From positions 5,086,001 through 5,150,000 of the forward strand of contig NC_087252.1 of the NCBI RefSeq assembly GCF_037042905.1: a stretch of DNA of 64,000 bases. The letters are read 5' to 3'. Made by a program: the position numbers and the translations under genes. The notes under the pieces are model-generated. The model made no database searches. It saw only the letters and a list, made by a program, of their open reading frames with translations, and was not told the origin of the DNA. This document shows positions 23,878 through 36,300 of the stretch, one piece after another (position 1 is the stretch's first letter; every line of letters starts with the position of its first letter). Origin of the DNA: Lytechinus pictus. Its lineage: Eukaryota.

Positions 23878-26800
23878 CTGAAAAAAAGAGAAAGTTGATC
23901 GATCCAGTTAAATAATTATAACCTATTTGCAAATGATCTACGATTCCTCACATGTCTATGGAATTTGATTCAACATTCTGAATTTGTAAATCAATAAGAA
24001 GAGAAGGAGCAAGAGAAAGGAGAATACGTTGGGGAAGAGAGGTAAGGAGATATAATATAAAGGGAAAGAGAATGAGGAGATGAAGAAAATACGGGAGGAT
24101 GATGAGGAGATGAAAAAGATAGAGTAGGAAGAAATATTAAGGAAAAGGAAAAAAGGTGGGGGAAAAATGGAGAAGAAATTAAAAGAAGAACACAAAACAA
24201 AAGAGAAAAACAAAATTTAACCATAAAAGCAAAATAAATCATATCACATAAAAAAATAATAAAAATACTTGGCCAGTTTATCAATGTCACATAAAAATGT
24301 ACAGCTGATACTCTTTTTTGCTTGTAGTTGCTATACTGTACATTACATGTATGTACTCTCCTGTGAGTGTGACCTAATAGTATATGTAGGTTGACTCCTC
24401 TAAAAAAGCTGTACATGTTTAGTGCATTAAACAGTTGTAACAAATGAGATTTTTATATGGCATGACATTAGTAGTGTTCATGCACGGAGCAGGTAGCTCC
24501 ATGGTTCATGAGAGGAGTGTGCTTTTTATGAATTTCAAGGGCGAACTAATGTTAATCATCCAAAGCCCCGCCCCCCTCCCCCCGTGTATTTTTTTGCTCA
24601 GCCTGTTACCTAATCAATGGATTCAATCAATATTTCCCATACAAATGAGTGCACATTCCCCCTCCCAAGGAGCTTCAATTCACGCTCTGTGTAAGGTTCT
24701 ATATCATGACCCTTGTTACATAGACCTACATACAGTATCTAGAAAATCAAAGTGCAAACAAGGCCTATCAACCAGAATAGGAAGATTTTTTGTTGTTGTT
24801 GGGGGGGGGGGGAGAGGAGGAACTTGTCAGCTTAGAGGTTTCATCTATCAAACAGACAACCCCTTTTTCTTATGGGGGGGGGGGGGGAGGTAGCCCTCAG
24901 CCCCTGGTCCATTATCAACTTGACTAAAACAAAAGACCCCCCCCCCGAAAAAAAGGACCAGAGGGCAATTTTAACATGAAGCCCAAGAAATTTCCAGTCC
25001 CCCGATTATTTTTTAATGAACACAAGATGATTTTCAAGTCTATCCTTGAAATGCAGTGCTCGTAACAGCTGCTCTGCTACAGCCAGGGTAATTATGCTGT
25101 GCTATAAAGCACTAAATGTTGGAGACTTCAGAAAATACTAATGACCCCCCCTTGATTCTTGTCATATTACTGTAGATCTATAGTATCTTGCTATACTATG
25201 CAGAATGACTTGACATGAACCTGAAATACATGGAATGTAGATTTACTGTCAAACACACAGATAAAGAATACATGTTAGTCTTATGACAATCTTTGACACT
25301 GTAAACAGACGTCAGTTTACTCAGAGTGGGCCGGGCTCCTAAAACACACATTTTATTTTGCAATTTCATTCACTGCCATCGTTCTTCATAAATTTGTCTT
25401 ACGATAGCCTGTGCAAACATTGTTGAGTCTAAAGTAAAGATAATATGAAAATATATGACTCGTCTCACTGAACAGGCATTTGGGAGGTGATAAATTATAA
25501 TCAAGTTCAACTTTTTGAGTTGAATTGGCTTTTTATTAAAAACAAAATCTAGTAATTAACAACACTTATGGCAGAATTGAGGCATATAGAAATATTCACC
25601 TTTTCTAGATACATGTACATGTACCTGTACATTTGTTATATTTATAATTAAATGATGTAGGCTACTTGTACTAGATAGTACTCTAACTTTTTTTACCAAA
25701 GTTTTGTGAAGTCCAGTATGTCATCTGAATTCTTCGTCATTTCAATCGACTGTTCTTTCTTCCTCCATCCCCCTTCCTTCCCCTCCTCTTCTTCACTTCT
25801 TCCTTCTCGCCCTCCTCCTATTCCTCCTCCTCCTCTTTCATTATACTGTTTTGTAAATATCAATTCATAAATTATCATTCTTGCTTATTATTGAATTATC
25901 AAAATCACTCTCTCATGATATTTTTCATTTTACATAATCACCTTTACTTGAACAAAATTATTCAATACATGTACTGTAGGTCTCATCATCCGTATTCAAA
26001 TAAAATTTGACAGCAAGTAAAATATGACTTTGTTATCTTTTCTTTGACTTCGGACAGCTGTTTCGTTGATAATGTCCAATAATGATAACCGCTGATTGTC
26101 AATAAGAATAATTTTGGATACGAAAGAGATGTATTGTATGGTGTTGCATGTTATCAACTGATGAAAATAGAATTGTGTCCCAATGAGCAAAATACATACA
26201 TGTACATGTAAAGGTATTAATTTCATGACTATAAAAATGAATTAAACGAACACCATGTACATGTACATATGTACTATTAAGGTACATGTATTAGCTCAGC
26301 ATGTACATTTGATTAAAAAGCTTAAATTATCCTAATTTCTAGTGGCCTGCACAGATCTGCCTGCCTGGTCTACTTTCTTTTGCCTCTTAATCAAATTCAC
26401 AATATCCAATTATGATAAATCAATTAAATTTCCCCTGCTTGTAAAAAACAAGAGTCTACACAAGTAAATTATGCTGGACATACAACAGAGTCTACAGACA
26501 GAGAGAGAGAGAGAGAGAGGGGGTGGGGGAGAGAAAGAATGATTTAAGTGAGTGGGATTAAAGCAGTTGATATAGCAAACCTCTATATATTTTCAAACAC
26601 TCGCCCCACAATCCATCATCAATTTTCCTTACCAGGGCAAATCGGCAAGCCGTTTTTGTCTGGATTTATAACATTAAAAAAATTTAAAATTAAAGTTTCA
26701 ACACATGATTCTTAAACATTTCTCTCTTCGTCGTTCCATGAAGTTTGTCAAAGATATGAAGAGGATATCCGTCTATGACTAATTTCATGATACATGCAAT

Positions 26801-27606
26801 TGACAAACATTCATGTGTAATCAACGCTGTTGCTCAGATGGATTTTCTAGCAAGCCACACAAAGATGACTTGCATTAAAGATTACACGGATTTCAGTGGC
26901 TAAACCCAAACACAAGTTATTGACACAGTAAATACATTTAATAGTTTATAACATCAAAGATTAAAAGGAAAGACATCAGGCAGATGTGTGTACTTCAAAA
27001 TGTGCAAACTGGGAGAGGTCAATGAATAACAATCATTTCTGGTGAAGTCAGATAATATCTCTCATTGCTTTTCTTGATAAATAATAATTTTTTTCCATTT
27101 GTTACTGCATTTGTAAGGACTCCCCATATCAGATTACTCTGACCCCCCCAAAAAAAAACCAGACTTGTCAATATAAACATGTTGGATTGAAAAAAAAAAT
27201 GTCAGTAATGAACTGTATGAAAATCTGTTGTTTTTCATCCAACATATTAAAATCAATTTCCTTCTATCAGACTATTGAAAAGTTGAATCTTGTTCTGTTG
27301 GCCCTACATATTTACTATTTTTGAAAACATTTCATTTTGGGAAAAGCTTAACAAAAGTTACCAGCATTCAGCACTAACAAGTTGTTCTTATGACAACAAC
27401 AGTCACAGAGCAGCATTTCTTTAATAGCTACATGTATGAATCAAAACCAATGATCTCTGTCAGTCGTCAGGGTTGAATGTTTAGTCAGTGCCGAGTGCTG
27501 ACAACTTGACAAAGTGCTGTCCCCTCGCTGGTTTAGCCATAGGGAGAGTAATTACAATCTATTGGGTACCCCCCCTTTGGGGTAAGGGAGGGGGGTTATT
27601 TAGTAC

Positions 27607-27728
27607 CTCATATCATGTCTGTGGGGGCTCTTCCCTTTCTCCATTCCAAGATGCCAAGTGCAGCGGGAGGGCAGGTCCGGGGCGACCCAATGATTATCAA
27701 CCCCTCCATTCTGTGGTGTGGTTGTCAT
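27607..27728 (-). CDS. CBS: Cystathionine beta-synthase coding exon 1 (heme-binding N-terminus; the full exon starts at 27798)
   Basis: accATG; encodes MTTTPQNGGVDNHWVAPDLPSRCTWHLGMEKGKSPHRHDM, matching the W..PD.PSRCTW...SPH heme Cys/His motif. Acceptor ttcttctccag at 27799; donor AG|GTACTA, phase 2. Confidence 0.93.
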
Positions 27729-28182
27729 GGTAACAAGCCTTTCTGTCCTCAAATTGACTCCTAAAGTGATTCACTGGTTTGTATTGTAGGCACAGAACCT
27801 GGAGAAGAACAGTGTACACATACAGTACATACAAAAAAAGGGGTAAAAATATGAATAATTACTGACACTGACAGGACTTTTATCTTCTGCAAGTTGCTGA
27901 TTATTTCACCCTGACAAAAACTTTGTTGTAAAAATAACAGAAAAAATGTGCATTACATACATGTATTGTATTAGAAAATGTAGTAGAAAATTGCAATGTC
28001 ATATGGTATCCCAAGGTGAAAAATGGATGCTATCAAGTCTGAATATCCAGAGAAAAGCGACTATTAAAGCTACATGTACATGTGGTGCCAGAATTTAAGC
28101 ACCTGCCTTTTCAGGATGAAGAATCAGAAGATGGTCTCAGTGTATAACAGAAGAATCAGAGGTGATATGATTGAAGTTGATG

Positions 28183-28432
28183 CAACATTTATATAGCACT
28201 TAATACAATGTTTATAAGTGCTGCACACTATTACTCCAGCTTTAGCACCGCTATCCTGATCGGGTGCACGAGCATTCAAGGATTTAATTCCTACCAGGTA
28301 CCCATTTACTACACCTGGGTGAAGAGTGGCAAATGTAGATAAACGCCTTGCCAAAGGATGTGAGTGCTGCGGTGGGATCTGAACCCCAGACCTTGTGGTT
28401 CAAAGTCCACAGACTTATCTGGCCACAGCACT
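28183..28432 (-). mobile_element. tRNA-derived SINE with L2-like tail
   Basis: Minus strand: B box ggttcagatccc, core cactcttcacccaggtgtagtaaatgggtacc, tail aagtgctatataaatg. Confidence 0.75.
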
Positions 28433-28918
28433 TCTACAGGTCTCTAAGTTGATAAGATTATGAATTAGTCTGGTGAATAAATTTGAAACTTGCAAATTTA
28501 TAAATAATTATTATAATATCATTATCAATTATTAATAATCAAGTATACAATTTTATTCATTGTTGAATAATAACTTTTATCTATAAATTGTTCTTCAAAA
28601 CGGCATTTTGTAACATCGCTTATCGAAGCTTCGTCATAACGAAGCGGTTCAAGGGTCAAGCCTATTGTATTTGTGGTGTTTATGAATGGATCGAGGGATC
28701 TACACGAGATCGATCTGGTAAGAAACCTCTCATTTTTATATTTATACTAACAGTTTTTTCGTACCTTCATCAAGGTATATAGAGATATAGATCTAGTCTC
28801 GATAAATAAAATCCAATATGGATTCCCTAGGGAAATCCATCCATCAGTAGAGGCGCACGGCCAATATGGGAGACTGTCTCCCATGAGTTTGAGAGAGATT
28901 ATCATTATCTCAAATATT

Positions 28919-29450
28919 ACCCTTTTTACACACGCTAAAATTTCCTTAACCCCGTACTATAGGTGGGGCTAAATTGCCATTTAGCCCCACCTATAGTACG
29001 GGGTTAAGCTTAGCCCACTTTCTTTTTACACAGCATTTTTGCAAAGTGGGCAAACCCCACCTTTAGTACGGGATTATTTGGCCCTGCAAAAAAGCAGGGT
29101 TATCCCAGCAATTGCGGTGCTAAGAGCGATAGTACGGGGTTAAGATCGCTAGTGTAAAACGAAAGTGGGCTAAGCTTAACCCCGTACTATAGGTGGGGCT
29201 AAATGGCAATTTAGCCCCACCTATAGTACAGGGTTAAGGAAATTTTAGCGTGTGTAAAAAGGTACGAGTGAAGTACTTGTACTACGAATGATCGACAAAA
29301 ACCACTAGTCCGGGGTTAGCCAGTTTCGTGTGTGAAAAGCAAGCATTCCTTATCCGGGGTTAGCGATAACAATTTGGCATGTGTGAAAAGGAAAAAAAAT
29401 AGTACGGGTTAGCGATAGTCCGGGGTTAAGAAAATCCTGTGTAAAAAGGG
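28919..29450. mobile_element. MITE with internal inverted and direct repeats
   Basis: TIRs accctttttacac / gtgtaaaaagggt; the ~100-bp block 28921-29020 is inverted at ~29165-29262; repeated taaccccgtactat motifs. Confidence 0.85.
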
Positions 29451-30031
29451 TATAAATGAGACTTCCGTAAAGAATTTGGGTATCCAATTTCAGAGACAAT
29501 CTCCAGTTTGGGAGACAAATTTCCTTTGTTTACATTTGCTGCAAAAGGATTAGATTGGCGGCAAATAAAAATGTGATAGGCAGATTCCTCTTGAAAAATT
29601 ACCCCTTTTCACCGTCTACTTTAATACTTCACCATCTACTGTTGTTTTGATAAGTATTTTTGTTGTCATCCACACACAAACCAAAAATGGGCTTCTGACC
29701 TCAGTGAGACAAAATTTTGGGTGGAAAAAATTATTATTTTGTGAATGTTGGTGTTGTTTCTTTTGTTCTTTTGCAAAGCAAGAGTGTCCCATATTGGCCT
29801 AGACCAAAAGCTTCGGTCTCTGTTATGTTGGTTGTTCCGCTGAACTACGTTGGCTCCACTCACCAAATACATAGACCGAAGTTAAACCGTCGTCTGTACA
29901 GGGGCCCAATGGCATTGTCAATGGCCACCGCTAATTTCTTGTTTTTCTCCTCGATACCGCGATATTTTCCACCAAAAGTTCATACATATGCACCTATAGC
30001 TGAAAATGTATAAGTAACGACAGTTTCTTAC

Positions 30032-30120
30032 CCTAAATTCCCGCTTTAAAACTGGCAATCAGGGGATTAACTCTGAAAGTTGACACTTTCGACTCGGACT
30101 AGTGGGCAGCCATCTTGGAA
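30032..30120 (-). other. CBS: Probable non-coding first exon (5' UTR) of CBS
   Basis: Strong donor AGG|GTAAGA at 30032/30031 next to promoter motifs (YY1-like CAAGATGGC 30109-30117, GC box). The 5' end (TSS) is approximate. Confidence 0.6.
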
Positions 30121-30400
30121 TATAATTCATGAAAAAGTGGCCGACGAAAGTCAAACTCCGCCCCATGACCTTTACGTCACACATTACAGAAGGGGAAAAG
30201 AAAGGAGCAGTTAAAGAAACAAAAGAAAAAAGGGGAAATAAAAAATGAAAAATAAAAGTAAAACAAAAAGAGAGAAAACGAAAGAGAAAGAGATAAAGGA
30301 AAAGGGAAAAAAAACGTCTAGAATTTTAGTATTCATAAACCCGACGTAAAAGAGATGATCTGATTGGCCAATGGTTTTGATACGCGGTTGACCCGGAAGT
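30100..30400. promoter_or_regulatory. Putative bidirectional promoter
   Basis: YY1-like GCCATCTTG 30109-30117, GC box CCGCCCC 30158-30164, CRE/ATF-like TTACGTCA 30172-30179, back-to-back ATTGG/CCAAT 30363-30372 and ETS CCGGAAGT 30393-30400, flanked by oppositely oriented strong donors. Confidence 0.6.
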
Positions 30401-30404
30401 TCTT

Positions 30405-30482
30405 CCAACGGCATATGTTTGTGTGTTATATCGACTTCAGATGAACGAGTGAACTAGGACTAGGAGCTACACGACAGCCGAG
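30405..30482 (+). other. Candidate non-coding first exon of an unidentified plus-strand transcript
   Basis: Consensus donor GAG|GTAAGT at 30482/30483, just downstream of the CCAAT and ETS motifs. Contains only a tiny uORF (ATG AAC GAG TGA). Start is approximate. Confidence 0.45.
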
Positions 30483-31560
30483 GTAAGTCGCTGTTTTTTT
30501 CCTTTTAACTTTATTTTTTCCCTCGTTTTTGGCAATTAATGCCAAGAGGGAATATTAATTCGCATTTTTGTCCATTTATTTTCATAAATATTTATGAAAT
30601 AAAGACAAAAATCGATGAGCCCCGTCGGGGGGAATTTGCATTGTACCTCCCCTAATGCCATGGCGGCGACACGCTAGCGAGCCGTCTGTGTATGAGGAAA
30701 AATTAAAAAAATAAAAAAATGTTGAAAAACTCCTCGAAACAGACGGCTGCCAGCTGTCTAATATTGGCCGTGCACCTCTACTGTCCGTGTTTATATATAT
30801 GGGGGGGGGGGGGGGGTTTCAAGGCTTCGTGATGTAAAACTAAAAGTATAAATATATCATCACGGAGTCCTCAACAAGGCTAGGTCTTGAGCCTTTTAAA
30901 CACAGCCCTCACTCAGTCTCAGCAGCATTCACATTCATGTGCCAGGCATGGAACCCGGCCGTGCCTCCGGCCCTTCCCAATCGCAAGATTCTTCATCATG
31001 CCAACACAAACACAAACACATGGTCATGGAAAACACACAAAGTACGGTACAATAAAACAAATTTACGAACCTATTCGCCGTTATACCATACAGTACTCTG
31101 CTAGGTCCTATGATCAGAAGAATCCCTCAAATCTGATGAACATGAGGTATCAAAATCATTTATTTATGATGACGCAATTGTTCGTCGATTACTGACTGAC
31201 AAAACAAAAGTACGTCGTAGGCGTAATTTCAGTCTGCAAAGCGTAAACGAACGTAAAATACGTATGTAGTACCGGTACATGATAATTCGATTCGCCACTG
31301 CCACGCAGCGCACGTACGATGCATGATCTCGTATCGTAAAGACTTGGCAACAACAAACAAAATCTTTGTTTCCCGCTGCGGATTTGTTGTTATTTTGCCA
31401 AAGACATTGTGCGGTTATGCCTATATTGCATAGTTGGCAGATTTATTGACCTATGTTCATATACTTAAAAAAAAAGGTAAATTTACATTCCAATTTAGAT
31501 TTTCTTTTCTTATTTACCCGGGGAAGGGGGGGGGGGGCACTCACGTTGACAGTATCGGGT

Positions 31561-31722
31561 CAGGGGCCCCGGAACGGTTTTCAAAGTGGGGGGGGGGGGG
31601 GGGGGCTGACCATGCTAAAAATCACAATCATACAGTAAATTTTACGTTTTTGTACACGGTTTTGGAAAAAAGTGGGGGGGGGAGGCTAAAGCCCCCCAGC
31701 CCCCCCGGTTCCGCGGCCCCTG
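31561..31722. mobile_element. Short GC-terminal MITE
   Basis: TIRs caggggccccggaac / gttccgcggcccctg, flanked by cgggt on both sides. Confidence 0.65.
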
Positions 31723-32724
31723 CGGGTGTAAGAAGACCCCTCCCCCTCCACGCATGCCTTGCCAGTATGCCGCACACCCCGTGACCCCCCGGGCATAATT
31801 GGCTCATAAATGTTTCCCAATTGGATAATTATTTATCATTTTGTTATAAGAAATATGTTTTTTATATTTCAAAATAAATACAGTCAATGTGAAGAGAAGG
31901 GGAATAGAAGAAAGACGAAGAAAATATGATTTCATTTGATTTTATTCTATTTTATTTCTGCATTCATGATAAATATGCAATATAACATATACAAAGGTAA
32001 TACATTTAAGTTTTACAAAGCAATAATACAATAGTCATAATTATTATAAGCAATAAGAAATAAATATGGACAAGATGCATTATTCACTTGAAAGAAAATA
32101 TCATATTCAAAAAGAACACAGGAGACGCCATCGTAAAGAAAATAAAGAAAATAAGAGTAATTGTTGTAAAATTTTAGCTGCGTGCAGAATGGAATTCAGA
32201 ACAGGTTTTATGAATGGGGAGGGGCAAATAATTAAACCCTTCGATACGGGGGCGGCGGAACCGAGGTGGGGGGGGGGGGCATTTGCCCCCATAATTCCTC
32301 GTAGGAAAAAATGCCTTTTTTTCAAAATATAATACCCTTTGTGAAGTAAACATATTAGGTTAGAAATAATATTTTTTTGCTCGCGTAAAGTACGCATTCT
32401 GTCCTCGGTTAAAAATGCTTAGAATGTCAATTTTTTAAGTTAAAATATCTTAAATTTTGGGCTCACGTTTTCTGCTCGCATCAGTTATTGTTTAATATGG
32501 TACTAACTCTGTTCTTGGTTACAAAAAGTGTATAGGATGTCCAGTTTTCAGGTTAGAATATTACAAATTATCATCTCGCGCTCGCATTATTCGATTGGTT
32601 AACTGCATGTGTATCCTATTATTTAGTCTATAGAAGCAGTCCTTACTCAGGTCCCTTTTCTGGTCAGTATATTAAAAATTTCAGCTCGCGCTTCGTGCTC
32701 GCGTCAATTCTTTACTTAGATATA

Positions 32725-33335
32725 CCGTAAGGGCACTAGTATTCAACCCGTTTGGAGAGTTTCCTCAAATATATAGAAATATAGAATTTACCTGAATTTC
32801 AGACCCGTCTTATTTCCAAGAGCAAATGCTGGTTATTCTTTTTCCGTTATTTTTTTCTTCAACCAGTTGACTGTGTGCGCGGGCGATCGAATTATTCGGC
32901 GACGGATTTTGGTACTAGTATTCAACCCGTCGGCACTAGTATTCAACCTAGCGATGAAAGATGGCCCTGTCTCTCAATCTGCCCTTGTCCCATCCGACTA
33001 TGGACTAGACCATTTGAGATGAGACCAAACAGGGAATTAATCAAAGCCAGAGACTTACATAGATCTAGATTTAATTTAGCAATCTAAACCCTTTTGAGAT
33101 TTGCTATCAATCCTCACTAGGTTGAATACTAGTACCATTCAGTGCAAAAGGCCATCGCCGCATAATTCGATCCTCCGCGCATACAGTCGACAGATTGACA
33201 AAGAAAATATAGTCAACAGATTACCCTGGAAATAACAAAGGTATGAAATTAAGATAAATTCCCTATTTCTAAATATTTTGGGGAATATGTCAAAATCTTT
33301 GAATTATGCCGGGTTGAATACTAGTACCCATACGG
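32725..33335. mobile_element. TA-flanked MITE (Tc1/pogo-like)
   Basis: TA|ccgtaagggcactagtattcaacccg ... cgggttgaatactagtacccatacgg|TA, with internal copies of the TIR motif. Confidence 0.85.
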
Positions 33336-36300
33336 TACACAACTTTTTCATGATAACAAAATACTGCATGGAATATTTATTTTTCTTGTCTTTTTAAATG
33401 AAATGTCCAAAAGTTTGAGCTTGCGATTCGCACTCGCAACATCTTGCGAGGATGCCCTTTTAATATAGTTATAATGAGCGTCATATTAACCAAAAAGCGA
33501 GTTCCACAACTTCAGCTATGATTTTTTTTTCCAAACCTCTCGCTCGCGGTAGGATAAGGACTGAATATATATTTTATCGGTCAGCAATCACTTAAAAAAA
33601 GCCTTTGCTCAACTTAATTAATACAAAACACACAACCGGCACACAACTAGGCCTACTTCACGCAGATGATAATCTGATGGTGAAAACATCCATTTGCACC
33701 AAATTCCGATGCCAATTTTTGATAAAGAAGTGTCCTTTGTTGGTTTTGCCCCCAAACGAAAATACGTTCCACCGCCCCTGCTTCGATATGATGCAAAAGA
33801 GAAAAGAACAGAATACGAAAAAAGGTCTTATCCCAAGTCACTAGGGAATTCCGCCTCTGTAGAATATACAATGTGTTTGTGTGTTTACGTGTGCGAGGGT
33901 GTGCGTGTGTGTGTGTGTGTGTTGGGGGGGGGGGTGGTTCAGTAGCGTAGGCCTAATGAGCCCAAAAAAATGAAGGTCAGTCTTCACGGTCAGATATGGG
34001 GGAATACAAATCTGCGAAATAGCGAAAAGAGCGTGGAAAATACATGTACACGAAAATCAAATTTTGTGATAGATTTTGAGAAAAGGCCTATTATGCCATA
34101 TTCCACCCTCTTTCTCTCACTTTTCTTGCATATATCCTTTTTTTAGGTCGTGAAACTTTTTGGACGCTATAGAGTGTCCGAGCTATTACACTCTCTGACT
34201 GCAAATGCCACGAATCGACATTATATACGTACACGAAGGGAAACAAACTTGGGAAATGCTGTGGCCTTCGGTTCTGGCTCTCTGTTTCGCGATCTCTGAT
34301 TGGTTGTTATTTGGGGGTGTGTACTGGGCCGAGACTGGGCAAGCGTGGGATTCGCTGTCAGTCAGCGGAAGTTCAAAGTCTATTTGAAATCGATCATTAT
34401 TCGCAATTGAACGCAGCCTGGGGTGTCAGCGGTCTGTTGGTTCAACGAATCCCCTATATTTTTAAAAGCAAGACAAAATTGAAGGAAAAGGACAGGATAA
34501 GGGAAGAGAATTAGAGAAGAGATCGAACTCCTTAATTGAAACCCTGGTGAGTTCGGATTCGGTAGACTTCATTTTATCGATTTATTGATTGACTTATCTA
34601 TATTTCAACACTGTTGAAGCTCAAACGGCTACAAGGCTGGATTCCCTGGAAGCTGCACTGGCGGAATCAGGGGGGGGGGGGGGGGGGTGGGCACAGTCTG
34701 CACTTGCCCCCCTCTTTTGAGAAGCAAAATTAAAATTTGTAATGTAAAAATGCCATTAAAACAGAGGTGTGCCCCCTCTCTTAAAATTGGAGACTTTTTT
34801 TTTGCTTGTCAAATTTTTCCTCCAAAAAATTTGCCCCCCCTTTTGGAAAATCCTGGATCCACCCCTGCCTGAAAGGATGCTCACGCAATTGTTTTTTTAT
34901 ATTATTTTTTATTTGGCTACATAATTGTATTTATTTTTTCACAATTCTATTCTATTGGACGCCATTTTTTTGTAAATAAAATTAGAAAACAAAAAATACA
35001 TTTTTCGAGTCGCTCGTTTCGCACGGTTGCAAATAATAAATAGCGCCGCCCCTATCCTATCAAAACAGTAATCATGGCTTGGAAAAACGATGCCAAATAA
35101 TTACGTCACGTAGCGCTACTTTTATATACGAGATATCAATGTATTATGATTATTAATTAATCCTACTTTTTTTTTAAAATTTACGATACTATATAACATG
35201 TATAAGGAATTACAGCATTTTTAAATATAGACATTACAGGGTATACCTCGGGTTGAAAATGAATATTCTAGTCAATTAAGAGTAAAATTCATGGAGCAAA
35301 AATGCTGAATTTTAAAAAGTAAAATCTGATAGTAACAAAGTGATTTAATTTCGATTTAACAATATGTTTTGAAAATGATTATATGCACACCCTTTTGAAT
35401 AATTGTTCAAGAGTTGGGCTAATGATGTCATGTCCCCCGAATTTCCTTAAAAAAAGTTCAAGTGTTACAACTATGTGTCTGTACTCACTATATTATTGGA
35501 GTACATATGGCCTATTTTTTAGTTTTGTATATTTACTTCAACCAGGATTTAGAAAGAAATTTATCATACTATACCCTATTCACATTAATTTTATGCCTTC
35601 GCATTTTAATTATATTTTGCAGAAGCATGTATTATTTTTTCACGTATTCTTGTTTGATTATACAATATAATTTTCTGTGTTTGTCTAATTTAACCCATCG
35701 GTTCATATGTTACTTTCTTCTGGAGCACCCTTTGATTTGAAATAAATGTAGGCCCTATCTTTTTTTTGCTTAGATATCACATTCACCAGCAAATACAATT
35801 TCATACAAATTATGCATCGTGTGAGAATGGGAAAATTAGCTGCCCGATAGCTAATCGATATGTCTCCCTCTGTTGTTGTCATTAAGGTATAACAAACAGT
35901 GATTGGTCACACGTTGGCATTAATCCCTATCATTGTAATCAATTTGATGTACAGTATGATTAAAAAACAATGCACTGGCGTGCAGATGGGGTTGGGAGTT
36001 CGGGAGGGGGGAATGGACCTAAACAAATTCCAAGATTGAAAAAAAGAAAGAAAGAAAAATGAAGGTGAAAACAATTAAAGTAAAGAACAAGATGGAATAA
36101 TTTCTAAAAAAAATATCACAACGTTCTGAATTTATTATAAAAACTTCTTAATCATAATTATCTTGCGATATTCTATTTTAGCCTTTTCGCCAAACTCCAC
36201 GTTGAATCCCTCCTTTTTTTTTAAACTCGATATGTAAAAAAATGCTTTGCTCCATGACATAAGTGCCCGGCCGGGAATCGAACCCGGGACTTATCGTGCA

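Noticed and set aside
23952..23977. AG...GT-bounded 26-nt segment upstream of CBS coding exon 2
   Set aside because: Not a multiple of 3 and contains an in-frame TAG; no support beyond the splice dinucleotides.
27362..27373. Possible 12-nt in-frame CBS microexon (ttgttag|TGCTGAATGCTG|gtaac)
   Set aside because: Poor pyrimidine tract and weak donor, and it would create TGA if joined to the 27-nt candidate. It shows that such matches can arise by chance.
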